64,000 nt of DNA from Candidatus Heimdallarchaeota archaeon (GTDB lineage Archaea > Asgardarchaeota > Heimdallarchaeia > Heimdallarchaeales > Heimdallarchaeaceae), in NCBI GenBank assembly GCA_030603365.1, contig JAUVXV010000006.1, positions 64,001 to 128,000 on the forward strand, written 5' to 3'. Shown here piece after piece: positions 49,589-59,665 of the stretch; within the stretch, counting starts at the first letter, position 1; every line of letters begins with the position of its first letter. Both the position numbers and the translations under genes were made by a program. Below the pieces are notes generated by a model. It saw nothing but the letters and a program-made list of their open reading frames with translations, made no database searches and was not told the origin of the DNA.

Positions 49589-50518
49589 TCAACTATACTT
49601 CTTTACAATATTCCTTACTAAGGATTCTAGTTCTAATAAATCTTTTTGGACGAATTTTTGTTCACTTTTTTCCTGAGGATGTATAAAAAATGTCAAGACT
49701 TTATTAGATGCTAGCATTGAATCCTTATCAATAAAGTTTACAACATGCTTATCAAATAAATGGTGAATAATACTTCCAAATGTTTTAGTTTTAAACAAGT
49801 CAACAAGGAAATTTGAGTAATTATCTTTTAAAACACTCTCCATAGAATATCTAAAAAGAAATGCTCCAATTGCTAAACCATAGTCATCGTTCCTATTTAT
49901 TTCTTCTATTGCTAAATCAATCATACTGTTTCTTCGTTCTTGTACTAATTGATTTTCTATGAATTTTATCTTGTTCTTTGCTTCGTGTATAAGGTATGGT
50001 GAGGTAAGAATTGCTTTTATCTTTAGTTCGATTTCTCTCAATTTCTTCTTATACCCATTTTTAACAGAATTACTAATTATATTATCTTGTTCAGATTCTT
50101 CATTTAATTCTGTCAAAATATAGAAATCTTCGTATTTTCTATGATATAAAATTGTTTTCCCTTCTTGATTTCTCTTTGAATAACCCCAATCAGTAAAGTA
50201 CCAAGGTTTCTTAACTAGAATCATATTGAAAAGACTTTTTTTATCTGAAGGACTTGTCAATTCTTGAAAAAGCTGATAGAGATAATCTTCTGAATATTTC
50301 TTCAGATATGCTGCTGTAGTTATTTGCCAGTGTATAAACTGTTCAAATAATTTATCACTGAGAAAAATGTCAGAAATTACTGGCTGAATTTTTACATAAT
50401 CAGAATTAGATGATTCATCTCTTGTTGTCAATGTAAGCTTCTTAATACTCTCAATTAGCAAATCATTTATTTCCTGAAATTCCTTAAGCTGTTCCGCAAA
50501 TAGTGTTACAATATCCAT
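49589..50518 (-). CDS. Hypothetical protein with degenerate C-terminal HEPN-like domain
   Basis: AIGAFLFRYSMESVLK...FGSII..L...FIHP; no Arg at the R-x4-6-H position. Confidence 0.45.
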   Translation of the reverse strand: MDIVTLFAEQLKEFQEINDLLIESIKKLTLTTRDESSNSDYVKIQPVISDIFLSDKLFEQFIHWQITTAAYLKKYSEDYLYQLFQELTSPSDKKSLFNMILVKKPWYFTDWGYSKRNQEGKTILYHRKYEDFYILTELNEESEQDNIISNSVKNGYKKKLREIELKIKAILTSPYLIHEAKNKIKFIENQLVQERRNSMIDLAIEEINRNDDYGLAIGAFLFRYSMESVLKDNYSNFLVDLFKTKTFGSIIHHLFDKHVVNFIDKDSMLASNKVLTFFIHPQEKSEQKFVQKDLLELESLVRNIVKKYS

Positions 50519-50586
50519 CCGTTTTAAGCTCCGTCTTATAATAACTGATGTTAAAATTATACTTACTAGTTCATTAATGTATTTTG

Positions 50587-51006
50587 TTATTTCCTGAAAT
50601 CATCAATTGCTTTGTTAGCTAATTTATCTGCTTCTTTATTTTCTTCTCTCCGAATATGAGAATACGAAACCTTTTCAAAATAAGTTTCTTTCTTTTTTAC
50701 TTCTTCAAAGAGCTCTTTTAGTTTTTCATTTCTTATTCTATATACACCTGTAAGATGATTAACAAGTAATTCAGAATCACTTAGAACATGTACTTTTCCT
50801 CTACAAACGCCTGCACACATGTCAAGCCCATAAATTAATGCGTTGTATTCAGCTTGATTATTTGTTAAACGGTTTCCAAGATATTTTGAACCTTTTTCTA
50901 ATATGTTTCCTGACATATCTTTAATTATAAATCCTCCACCAGCTTTACCAGGATTACCTCTAGAACATCCGTCTACAAATAATCTAACCTCAAAACACTT
51001 CTTCAT
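50587..51006 (-). CDS. rnhA: Ribonuclease HI family protein
   Basis: DGCSRGNPG, TNNQAEY, DSELLV, HIRREENKEADKLAN. Confidence 0.9.
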   Translation of the reverse strand: MKKCFEVRLFVDGCSRGNPGKAGGGFIIKDMSGNILEKGSKYLGNRLTNNQAEYNALIYGLDMCAGVCRGKVHVLSDSELLVNHLTGVYRIRNEKLKELFEEVKKKETYFEKVSYSHIRREENKEADKLANKAIDDFRK

Positions 51007-51201
51007 CTCGAGTATACGTTTTTTAGGAAACAAATTAAAGGTTTTACTAAAATAAATGATAATTGTAAAAAATATCTATAAAATTACCTTTTATTCTTCA
51101 AATTCCTAAATGTTTAATTAATAAAGTTCTAAAACTAAATAGGTAAGAAGAACTTAAAATTATGGACTCGGAGAGATCAGTATACCAAATAAAAATTCTA
51201 G

Positions 51202-52236
51202 CTAACGTTCCAGATCTCTTAATTTCTGAAAAATTTTATCAGTCAGAATTTCTCTTTCTTTGCTATGATGAAATCTTTGATGGCAATTTGGACATACAGC
51301 AACAACATTATCGGGAGAATCTGTTCCACCATCACTTAAGGGAACCAAATGATGTATCTCTAAAAAAGGTTCCTCATTTTCAGTTATGAAAGGCGCTGGA
51401 CTATCGCAGCATTCACACTTACCCTTTGATCGTATCTTAGCATACTTGCGGACATTATGATCCCTTAAGTATTGTATAGTTTCAATTGTACTTTTCCTGA
51501 TATTTTCTAGTTTGCTTCTTATGATTTCTAACAGATCACCCAAGTTTTTTTCTTCAACTATTTGTTCGATTAATTTCTCATAACTCTGAAGAATATCAGT
51601 AGAAACGGCACTAGTGTCATATATCATTGATTTATCTTCATTCTCAGCGATATTAACTAACCAAGGATTAACCAATCTTAACAGATTTGTTTTCATTTCT
51701 ATAAAAGTTTCTTCGTTCAGAACAGGATGTAGAAGTTTGATCTCTTGTGGAATGCTTAATTTGTAATAATAGTTTCGACCTCTCTTTCCTTTACTTAGAA
51801 GGCCTTCTTCAATTCTCTTAGTTATCTTATAAACTCTAAAAATAGCTAGATATCCTTGTTCTTGATTCTCAAAATAATTAAATGGAGCAATTGGATCCCA
51901 GACTTGAAAGAATCTGTTGCACAGATTTTCAAACATTTCATAATTAACATTAACCTTTAGATAAGAATCAATGAAGGCAACATATTCCAAAGGGAAAGGT
52001 TCATTCAAGATACTGTTTTCATTTAATGAACCTAAAGAAGATAGTTTGAATGTTGCTTTTGTTAATTTAGTATCAAGTAAGAAAGGACCGATATGAGGAT
52101 TCATTTCCTTTTTACAGAGCAGTATTTGATGGTTTTTATATAAATTCTCAAAACCAAATGTCATAGAAAAGATATTTACAATCTCATCGCGTAATGCATA
52201 TATTAGTTCCATGACATTCACCTTACTTAGTCTCAA
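51202..52236 (-). CDS. McrA-like HNH endonuclease with uncharacterised N-terminal domain (probable ATG at 52212)
   Basis: CECC..PAPF...PFLEIHHLVPLSDGG.D...NVVAVCPNCH; GGTGA upstream of the 52212 ATG. Confidence 0.85.
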   Translation of the reverse strand: MRLSKVNVMELIYALRDEIVNIFSMTFGFENLYKNHQILLCKKEMNPHIGPFLLDTKLTKATFKLSSLGSLNENSILNEPFPLEYVAFIDSYLKVNVNYEMFENLCNRFFQVWDPIAPFNYFENQEQGYLAIFRVYKITKRIEEGLLSKGKRGRNYYYKLSIPQEIKLLHPVLNEETFIEMKTNLLRLVNPWLVNIAENEDKSMIYDTSAVSTDILQSYEKLIEQIVEEKNLGDLLEIIRSKLENIRKSTIETIQYLRDHNVRKYAKIRSKGKCECCDSPAPFITENEEPFLEIHHLVPLSDGGTDSPDNVVAVCPNCHQRFHHSKEREILTDKIFQKLRDLER

Positions 52237-55200
52237 ACATTCTTTACTGACCTTCCACCATGTGTTGTTGATCGAGGTCTTATTTTTATTTTCTTCATTC
52301 CCATTGTAAAATCTAAGCGGTTTGCTTCTTTAGCCCATATTAGTGCCTCACCTTTCTCAAGATTAGAAAGTTCTTTTATGTCAACATCTTCCATGCTACT
52401 TAGTTTCTTCTTAAGAATTTTCAACCAATCTGGAACAACAGTTTTATGAATTATTACAATTTCAGAAAGCTCAATTATTGTATCAGCTATAGATTTAGGA
52501 TCTTGAGATGATACAACTAGAGAAACTCCTCTATGTCTTACTTCTCTATTTAATGTAACTATTTCTTCTTTCATTGAAGTTGAGAAGTATTTGTGAGCTT
52601 CATCAAACACTATTAATTTATTCCCCTCCCCTCGTTCAGATGCTACTCTAGCAAAAATCAAGAATAAGGACATAGCAGTATTCTTATCCATTAGTTTTTC
52701 TCTAACATCTACAATAACTGTATCACCCTTGTTGATGTACTTAAATGCATGATTTTCTTTAGAGATATATCTCCTGGCAAGATTAATCCTTCGTTTTGCT
52801 AATTTCTTTTGATTTAGACTTAATTCATCATCTTCTTCAACAAGTTTTAGTAAATTGGTAGGTGTAAGTTCACTCTCTCCGTAATATAATTCATTCAGAA
52901 ATTCATGTATAACTTGAATATATAAGGAATCATTTGAATCAGCAAAAAGCAACAGTCTCCAGCCATCAATTCCTAAGTCTTCAGGATGGAAGAAAAGAGG
53001 AAATACATCGATTTTTGATTCATTCTCATATATTTTCTTTTGTTCTTCATAAGATCTAGGAGTAACAAACACCTTGATTTTCTCTAGAGGAACTGCATGT
53101 TGGTTATATTTCAATAACAAAGCATTCAATTCGTCTTCATTATCGTTTTTATCAATTAAGCTTAGATATTCAGGGGCATATGAAGTGTCTTGATGAAAAT
53201 GGAAAATTATGGTCTGGAGTTTAGAATGAATATTATTCAAACCAGGAGGCAAATTTTGAGCAGCTTCTATAATTACTCCTGTTGTATAACTCTTACCACT
53301 TCCTTTAGCTCCCAGTATTACTGTAGTCAGAGGTTCATTCATGTTTACTGCTACTTTCTTATTCTGATATTCTCCAATAATGCCCCATTCTTCAGCAACA
53401 CTATCACCAGTTGTACCAAGCATTATTTCTGGGTCCAAAACTGGTGCAATACTTATTTCCGCTGTAACTTCCTCTAGCTCATCTTTTAATTTTGTTACTG
53501 GTTCTTCAACTTCAATTGGTTTTATTTCCATTACATCTTCTAGTGTTTCATCTTCAATAACTTCAAGTGCAGTAAAACTTTCTTGAGATGTTATTATAGG
53601 AGTTTCTGTTACTGCTTCTAATGCTTCTTTTTCAATTACTTCAATTTCATCCACAATATCAAGTAGAACAGCTATTTTCTCAAGTCCAAATAAGAAAATT
53701 CCATCCAGTTCTAATTCAGGATCTATATCTTCTGCAGAAACATAAGGGTCAAAACCAAACACTTTGCCATACAGCAGTTTATTTTCTGTTTTATAACCAA
53801 AAAATGTCTCATAATTCTGTCTTTGAATTTTTTCAATGACATCTATAAGAAATTCATGTACAATTAATGCTTTATCTGTTTCAAAATATCTAAAGAATCT
53901 TCTAACATTTTTCTCCAATAATTGAGCTAATTCTAGATCTCTCAAACTAGAATTATAATCTCCAAATCTATGAAATCTATGTTTAAGGATGAGATATGCA
54001 GATTCAATTTGTTCCTTAGCACCTGATATTACATCTCTTTTACTTGCACTTTCACCATGCTTAGCTTCAATTGGAATCATAGTTATATTTATTTTCTCAA
54101 GATCTTGTCCATCTCTCTCTATTACGATCTCAAGCAAATCATCACTTAGTTTAGAGAATTTCTCAGAATCATCATTTTTCCAAGCTTCGATATAATGATA
54201 ATTAGAAATCACAATTCGGATTGATTTTATATCTCCATTTTCAATTTTCACTAGAGGTTGATTTTGATTCCCCTTTAGTAGTTCGAATAGTGCTAGTACT
54301 TCTCCTAACTTTCCTGTTAAATTTGGATATTCATCCTTTAGTGCAGATAATGCCCAACTCCCTGCTAGATAGTTAAGAGACGATAGCAACATGTTCATTG
54401 TTTTTTCTTTGTGTATCTCATGTTGACAAAGAAGTTTTAGCTGGTTTTTCATAATGGCCAATATATAATCAATTTGTTCAGTTGTGACTATAACATTGGA
54501 ATGATTAATTTGGCTTTCAAATGGTGGAGAAAAATCTATTAAATATTCAACCTGGTCATTTAAAGCACGATCAAATAACTCAACCCCTAGATCTTGATCA
54601 ATAAAACATGCCCAATCAGTGTTTTGATGTAATGAAGTTATAATATCTTTCATTTTAGGCTCAATCTGTAGCATCAAAGATAATAAATTATTCTCATCAT
54701 AGGTTTGATGAATTGACGCTGAAAAACAAGTCATTGTGTGAAGTAGTTGGTTATATATTACAGTAAAATCAGAATCAGAATTTGGAATTGCTTGAATATT
54801 GTTTGTTGGATATGTAAACATACCTCTATAAAATCGACTATCTGAAGGATCAAATTTGGTATCATAATAGCTAAATATACTCGATTGTGTAGAACTAAAA
54901 CGATTTGCTTTTGGAGTACTAACACGTATTGAATCATGAAAAATACCAGAAATGAATGTCAAATGGGAATACGGAAGATTCTCTATCACTTTTATAGTCT
55001 CACTTAGTTCACTTCTTTTGTCAGGTGAAACATTTGAAATAACGTATGAGATGGAACTCATCATTTGTGCTTCAAAATCATTAGGATTAGGCTTCGAAAA
55101 GAATTCTACAAAACTTCTTCCTAATTCATAACTAGGAACATCTTCTCTTGAAAAAAGACTGATATTATATTTGAGTTCCAAATCACGATATCTTTTCTTT

Positions 55201-57884
55201 CTGTTTAGTTTCAGAAGCGCATCAAGAAGATGTTGTCCACGTGATGGATTAATAAAATTAATACTAATAGTTGTATTTTTTTGAAGTAGATATGGATGAG
55301 ATACAAGATAATTTTCGATTTTATCATGAATAATCTTGGTTAAATCAAGACCTTGTTCTAGAGACGAGAAGTCTAATATTTCATTTATAATGGATTCTCC
55401 TTCAATTCTTTGATTCTGCTCATAACCTTTTCTCTTTTCAGCAAGAGAGATATAAATTCCCCAAGAATCATATTTCGAGGTTAATTTTAAATAAGTAGTA
55501 TCTAGGAGTGTATCTGCTTCAGTATTCTGTCCCAAATTTAGAAGAAGGGGTATAGAGCTTCTCTTAATTTTGTCAACATCATACCTTGAAATCTTACTGA
55601 TTTTATTATCAGTTTCAAACCATGAGTAAAACTGTTTTTGTTTAAGCAATAAATTAAGTAACATCAAAGGATGAAGAGGTGTCATCAGACCTATATAGGG
55701 ATCATTTTCCTTATTCTGAATGAAAATAAAATCAAAGAATAACAGAATAGATCTGTAATCAAATACTTTCTCTTCCTTTTGATAAATATTCTTTTCACTA
55801 GAAAGAAGTGAAAGATATGTAAATGCATATTCATAGATTATATTTTCATAGGGAATCAGGTTAATAGTAAAGATTGGTAGATTCAGAGTTTTAATTCTGT
55901 CCTCGATTTTTTTAAATAATGTTTTTCTACAATTGATGAAACTTTCAAATTCTGTCATTTCTTTAATTGTGTTTATTCTATCTGCTGCCCAACTATGATT
56001 AATCAGATCTAATTCAATTTCAGAATTAGGTATAAAATTAAGTTGTTCTATTCTTTTACATGAAGGAAAGGGGTTCATTTCTTTTTCAGAAAGAATCCAT
56101 TTTTCAAGTTCAAATAGATCCGAAGAATATTCAATTACATATGTTTCATTTGTTTTCTGATTCTTCAATGTGAGAGATTTATTTACATATGATATATAAT
56201 CAATTAAAGGCTCTCCGAATTTCATGAAATCTAGACTATCAATATTAACATTAAAAATATCTCCTAGTTGAATTTGACTAGATTCCTTGTTAAATTGTGA
56301 TTCAAAGAGTATATCGTAAATGGACTCACTTCTTTCTGCATAGTCTTTATCTCTATAAATCTTATAATTCAGATAGACAGATTCATTTTTATATTTTATT
56401 TGAAGAGTTCCTTCATCTTCCAATTCATCAGTTGATATTACAATTTGTTTTCTCTCAGTTATAAATTTGAAACTAACTTCTAAATCCTCAGGAGATTCAT
56501 CTTCATATGCTTCTTTCAATACATTGAAAGAATCTGAGGTTTCTCCTATTATTGCAAGTATTAGGGAATCATTAACATTGTCATCAATATAGAAATTATT
56601 TTTTTCAAGGTTTCCATTAATTTCATAAACTTCCCAATTTCTAAGACCACTATTGTAAATGAAATAGTAATTAATGGGTTCACGAACTTTAGATCTTGCT
56701 GTAGGCTTATAACTAAAAGTGATATAATTCAATCCATCATGCCAATTCTTTTTCTTGATCGAAAAGGTAAAATCAGTTTCATTTTTTGGAACTGGAAGTG
56801 TCTGTTTAGTTGAAGATTCATTAATTGTAAATAGTAATTGTTCTTGACCAGACAAGTATCTGGATATAGTAAACTTTAGACTAAGAGAATCTTCAGTTAC
56901 ATTAAAAATGCTCTGTAATGAGGTTGAAAATATGCACTCACTTGAACTGTGCTTTGTTTTATCCAATTCTATATTCAAAAAAGAGAACTTCTGAGCTACT
57001 TCTGAAGGTTTTTCAAGTTTTGATACTATTTTAGAGAGGAGTAATTCTTCAGGCCAATTTCTGAAAATTTCATTAATTTCTGAAGTAGATTGGTGTCTAA
57101 TCCAAGAATCCACTTCTTGAGCTTTGGAGGGGTCACAATAATCTTCAAGTATGTAAAAAACACTATCTCCCGATTGTATTGCTTCTTTTATATTTCTTGA
57201 GATTTTCATATTAATTTCTAAATATTCATGAGTATTCACAGAAAATTTAGTAAATGAAAGCTCATCATCTCTAATCAGACCAATCAAATGAAGTTTCTTA
57301 GCGAAATCAACTTCAGAATCTGCAGATAATATTTTTTGAATAAAATTAAATAGATCACTGAAATTCTTATAAACAAAATTATCAGATTTGCTTTCTAGAT
57401 AATTTTTCAAAAAATCCAAATATGAACTCATAGGTTTATCATGCAATTTGTCTATTTGATTCATCAAAATTTCTCTTCTAGATAGAAAAGATTTGGAAAT
57501 CATCAAACCAGCTGTAGCTAAAGAGTCTAGATTTAGCATATTTGGAGTAGCAATATAGAGTAGTGTTTTATCTGTTTGTCTTGAAAGATCTCGTATCTTA
57601 ACTGCAAATCCTTGAGAACAATTATACTTTGAGTCAATCAAATCATCTGTAATCAAACAAACTGCGACATCAGAATCTTTTGCCCAACTATTCAAATGAT
57701 TATTTTCCGGAAAAGAGAGTTTTTCGCTTTTCCCTGTATTTGTTAATAGATCATACAAAGATTCCAGAATTTTTCCATCAGTATCAGCAAATAGCAATAT
57801 TGATTTTGAGACAGTTTCTTTATTATCTTCTAAAATTTCCTCAATAGCTTTTGCGATTTCTGTATGTATTTTTTGATATTTCAT
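52233..57884 (-). CDS. Large DptH/MAD8-like ATPase (HerA/FtsK-type C-terminus, internal PD-(D/E)xK-like motif)
   Basis: TPLHPL, DWACFID.DLGVELFD, SDDLL...IEAK, GAKGSGKS, FDEAHKY, REVRHRG, SQDP, RPRSTTHGG. Confidence 0.72.
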   Translation of the reverse strand: MKYQKIHTEIAKAIEEILEDNKETVSKSILLFADTDGKILESLYDLLTNTGKSEKLSFPENNHLNSWAKDSDVAVCLITDDLIDSKYNCSQGFAVKIRDLSRQTDKTLLYIATPNMLNLDSLATAGLMISKSFLSRREILMNQIDKLHDKPMSSYLDFLKNYLESKSDNFVYKNFSDLFNFIQKILSADSEVDFAKKLHLIGLIRDDELSFTKFSVNTHEYLEINMKISRNIKEAIQSGDSVFYILEDYCDPSKAQEVDSWIRHQSTSEINEIFRNWPEELLLSKIVSKLEKPSEVAQKFSFLNIELDKTKHSSSECIFSTSLQSIFNVTEDSLSLKFTISRYLSGQEQLLFTINESSTKQTLPVPKNETDFTFSIKKKNWHDGLNYITFSYKPTARSKVREPINYYFIYNSGLRNWEVYEINGNLEKNNFYIDDNVNDSLILAIIGETSDSFNVLKEAYEDESPEDLEVSFKFITERKQIVISTDELEDEGTLQIKYKNESVYLNYKIYRDKDYAERSESIYDILFESQFNKESSQIQLGDIFNVNIDSLDFMKFGEPLIDYISYVNKSLTLKNQKTNETYVIEYSSDLFELEKWILSEKEMNPFPSCKRIEQLNFIPNSEIELDLINHSWAADRINTIKEMTEFESFINCRKTLFKKIEDRIKTLNLPIFTINLIPYENIIYEYAFTYLSLLSSEKNIYQKEEKVFDYRSILLFFDFIFIQNKENDPYIGLMTPLHPLMLLNLLLKQKQFYSWFETDNKISKISRYDVDKIKRSSIPLLLNLGQNTEADTLLDTTYLKLTSKYDSWGIYISLAEKRKGYEQNQRIEGESIINEILDFSSLEQGLDLTKIIHDKIENYLVSHPYLLQKNTTISINFINPSRGQHLLDALLKLNRKKRYRDLELKYNISLFSREDVPSYELGRSFVEFFSKPNPNDFEAQMMSSISYVISNVSPDKRSELSETIKVIENLPYSHLTFISGIFHDSIRVSTPKANRFSSTQSSIFSYYDTKFDPSDSRFYRGMFTYPTNNIQAIPNSDSDFTVIYNQLLHTMTCFSASIHQTYDENNLLSLMLQIEPKMKDIITSLHQNTDWACFIDQDLGVELFDRALNDQVEYLIDFSPPFESQINHSNVIVTTEQIDYILAIMKNQLKLLCQHEIHKEKTMNMLLSSLNYLAGSWALSALKDEYPNLTGKLGEVLALFELLKGNQNQPLVKIENGDIKSIRIVISNYHYIEAWKNDDSEKFSKLSDDLLEIVIERDGQDLEKINITMIPIEAKHGESASKRDVISGAKEQIESAYLILKHRFHRFGDYNSSLRDLELAQLLEKNVRRFFRYFETDKALIVHEFLIDVIEKIQRQNYETFFGYKTENKLLYGKVFGFDPYVSAEDIDPELELDGIFLFGLEKIAVLLDIVDEIEVIEKEALEAVTETPIITSQESFTALEVIEDETLEDVMEIKPIEVEEPVTKLKDELEEVTAEISIAPVLDPEIMLGTTGDSVAEEWGIIGEYQNKKVAVNMNEPLTTVILGAKGSGKSYTTGVIIEAAQNLPPGLNNIHSKLQTIIFHFHQDTSYAPEYLSLIDKNDNEDELNALLLKYNQHAVPLEKIKVFVTPRSYEEQKKIYENESKIDVFPLFFHPEDLGIDGWRLLLFADSNDSLYIQVIHEFLNELYYGESELTPTNLLKLVEEDDELSLNQKKLAKRRINLARRYISKENHAFKYINKGDTVIVDVREKLMDKNTAMSLFLIFARVASERGEGNKLIVFDEAHKYFSTSMKEEIVTLNREVRHRGVSLVVSSQDPKSIADTIIELSEIVIIHKTVVPDWLKILKKKLSSMEDVDIKELSNLEKGEALIWAKEANRLDFTMGMKKIKIRPRSTTHGGRSVKNV

Positions 57885-59665
57885 TGTTTCATCGCCAACC
57901 CATAAACAAATTGTGCCTCTTTAGCATCCGAAGCCTCATAAAATAGACCTAACTTACTTAAAGCTGCTTTCAATCCCTTATTCTCTATACTATCTGGATC
58001 TTCAACAAACGATATTATAATTCCTCGATTTTTCAAGAAGTCCTTAAAATCATCAAAAACAATAATATTATTGTTATTCAGAGTTGAGATTTGTGCAAAA
58101 ATCTGAATCAATGTGTCTGATAATGTATAGTAATTACCTACGCCTCTTCTTTTCTGCATGAAACCAGTTCCACCAGAATAAGACATATTTCTGAAGAATG
58201 CAAAGAAATGTTTTCTAGAATCATTTGCTGAGGTTTGCTTATTATAATGTGCCATTATTACATCAAAGAGTCTTTTGATGTTAGTACCTTTATTGAATTC
58301 ATTTTTCTGTAACTCTTGGAAATAATCCTTTTTTCTTTCAACTGTTATATTCTGAAGTTCCAAATATCTAGAAATACATAAACCAAAATAGATTTCAACA
58401 AAATTCCTGAAATCTTCTTCCGATTCATATGATTCATGAAAATCACTAAACGAATAGAATTGATTTGTGCTATAGTACTTGTTCATACAGGATCTGATAT
58501 GATTGAAAATTATTGAATAGGGAGCTAATTTTAGAACTAGATTTGCATCTTCCTTACATTTTTCTAGATAAGCAGTTTTTTTGTGAACTACTGGATCATC
58601 ATCAATTTTAGGATAAATTCTTGGTGTGCATTCACAATTTTGAATGTCATTTCTAGTAAATTGACATTTTGAACAATCTATTACATCTAATTGTCTTCTT
58701 TTTGCTGGAGACATTTTAAAAATCTCACTCATATTCTTTTCAAAAATGTATGATAATCTTAAAATGTATAAAGCTAGATGAGAAGATAAAACAGTATAGA
58801 ACCAGTGTATTATAGTCTCTTTATTAAAGGATTCTCCCATATTCAAGATGTTCAACAGATCAGAGCGTATTTGATCAGTATGTAGTTCGCAAATTGGAGA
58901 TTCTAATGAATCCACAACACCAAGAAGTTTTGTGCGTGATTCTTGCAAGTTCGGTAAGTTTAATTTATTGATTCTTTCCTGAATTGAGTTAATTAGAACT
59001 TTACCTAAAATTCCTAGAGAATCAATATTTTCCTTAGCAAGAAATGAACGTAGTTTTTCCAAAACCTGTATTTTGTTTATACCCTCCTTCTTTTGGTTAG
59101 TCAAAAGCTGTAGTAACAAATTCTTAATTCTGATAGCTTCCTTAACACCCCAAATTATGCTTATTTTAACATTAAATGGAAAGAGAGTTATGAATTTATT
59201 ATCAATTTTAGCAGGTTTATCTTCTCTATACATTGCCCAATTTTCAAAAATCCATTGGTTAAGTATTGTTTTTGCTCTTTCTTGTTTTATTTGAGAGTCT
59301 TTGGATTCATGGAAATCAATTTCTATTATTTCATCTTCATAATCCTTAAAATCTTCGAAATTCATATTTTCTAGCATCAATTCTGAGACAGAAGTAACAT
59401 CCAAAGGATTCTTCGGATTTCGTTTGAAATGCTGACCAGTATGTGACAATTGAACTAACAAAGTAAAAACCTCACACACATTAACACCAAGAGGTGAGGA
59501 AGGTAGAATATCTCTCGAAGTTCTAGCATGAAATTCTCTTTCTGAATATGGAATGCTAATTTCGGTTTTATTCTTCCAGATAAATTCTGTATCATCTTTG
59601 AGATGACTTATTTTATCAACATGTTTTTTGTAATACTTTCTAATCATCAACATTGTAACCTCCAA
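57881..59665 (-). CDS. DptG/MAD7-like protein
   Basis: C-terminal YYTLSD.L...FLKNRGI...LSKLGL...SDAKEAQFV resembles the DptG SDSGDAQYV end; overlaps both neighbours. Confidence 0.65.
   Translation of the reverse strand: MEVTMLMIRKYYKKHVDKISHLKDDTEFIWKNKTEISIPYSEREFHARTSRDILPSSPLGVNVCEVFTLLVQLSHTGQHFKRNPKNPLDVTSVSELMLENMNFEDFKDYEDEIIEIDFHESKDSQIKQERAKTILNQWIFENWAMYREDKPAKIDNKFITLFPFNVKISIIWGVKEAIRIKNLLLQLLTNQKKEGINKIQVLEKLRSFLAKENIDSLGILGKVLINSIQERINKLNLPNLQESRTKLLGVVDSLESPICELHTDQIRSDLLNILNMGESFNKETIIHWFYTVLSSHLALYILRLSYIFEKNMSEIFKMSPAKRRQLDVIDCSKCQFTRNDIQNCECTPRIYPKIDDDPVVHKKTAYLEKCKEDANLVLKLAPYSIIFNHIRSCMNKYYSTNQFYSFSDFHESYESEEDFRNFVEIYFGLCISRYLELQNITVERKKDYFQELQKNEFNKGTNIKRLFDVIMAHYNKQTSANDSRKHFFAFFRNMSYSGGTGFMQKRRGVGNYYTLSDTLIQIFAQISTLNNNNIIVFDDFKDFLKNRGIIISFVEDPDSIENKGLKAALSKLGLFYEASDAKEAQFVYGLAMKQ

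Noticed and set aside
50587-51006. RNase HI as part of a retron or RT-linked system
   Set aside because: There is no reverse transcriptase in the window, and the protein looks like an ordinary archaeal-type RNase HI.
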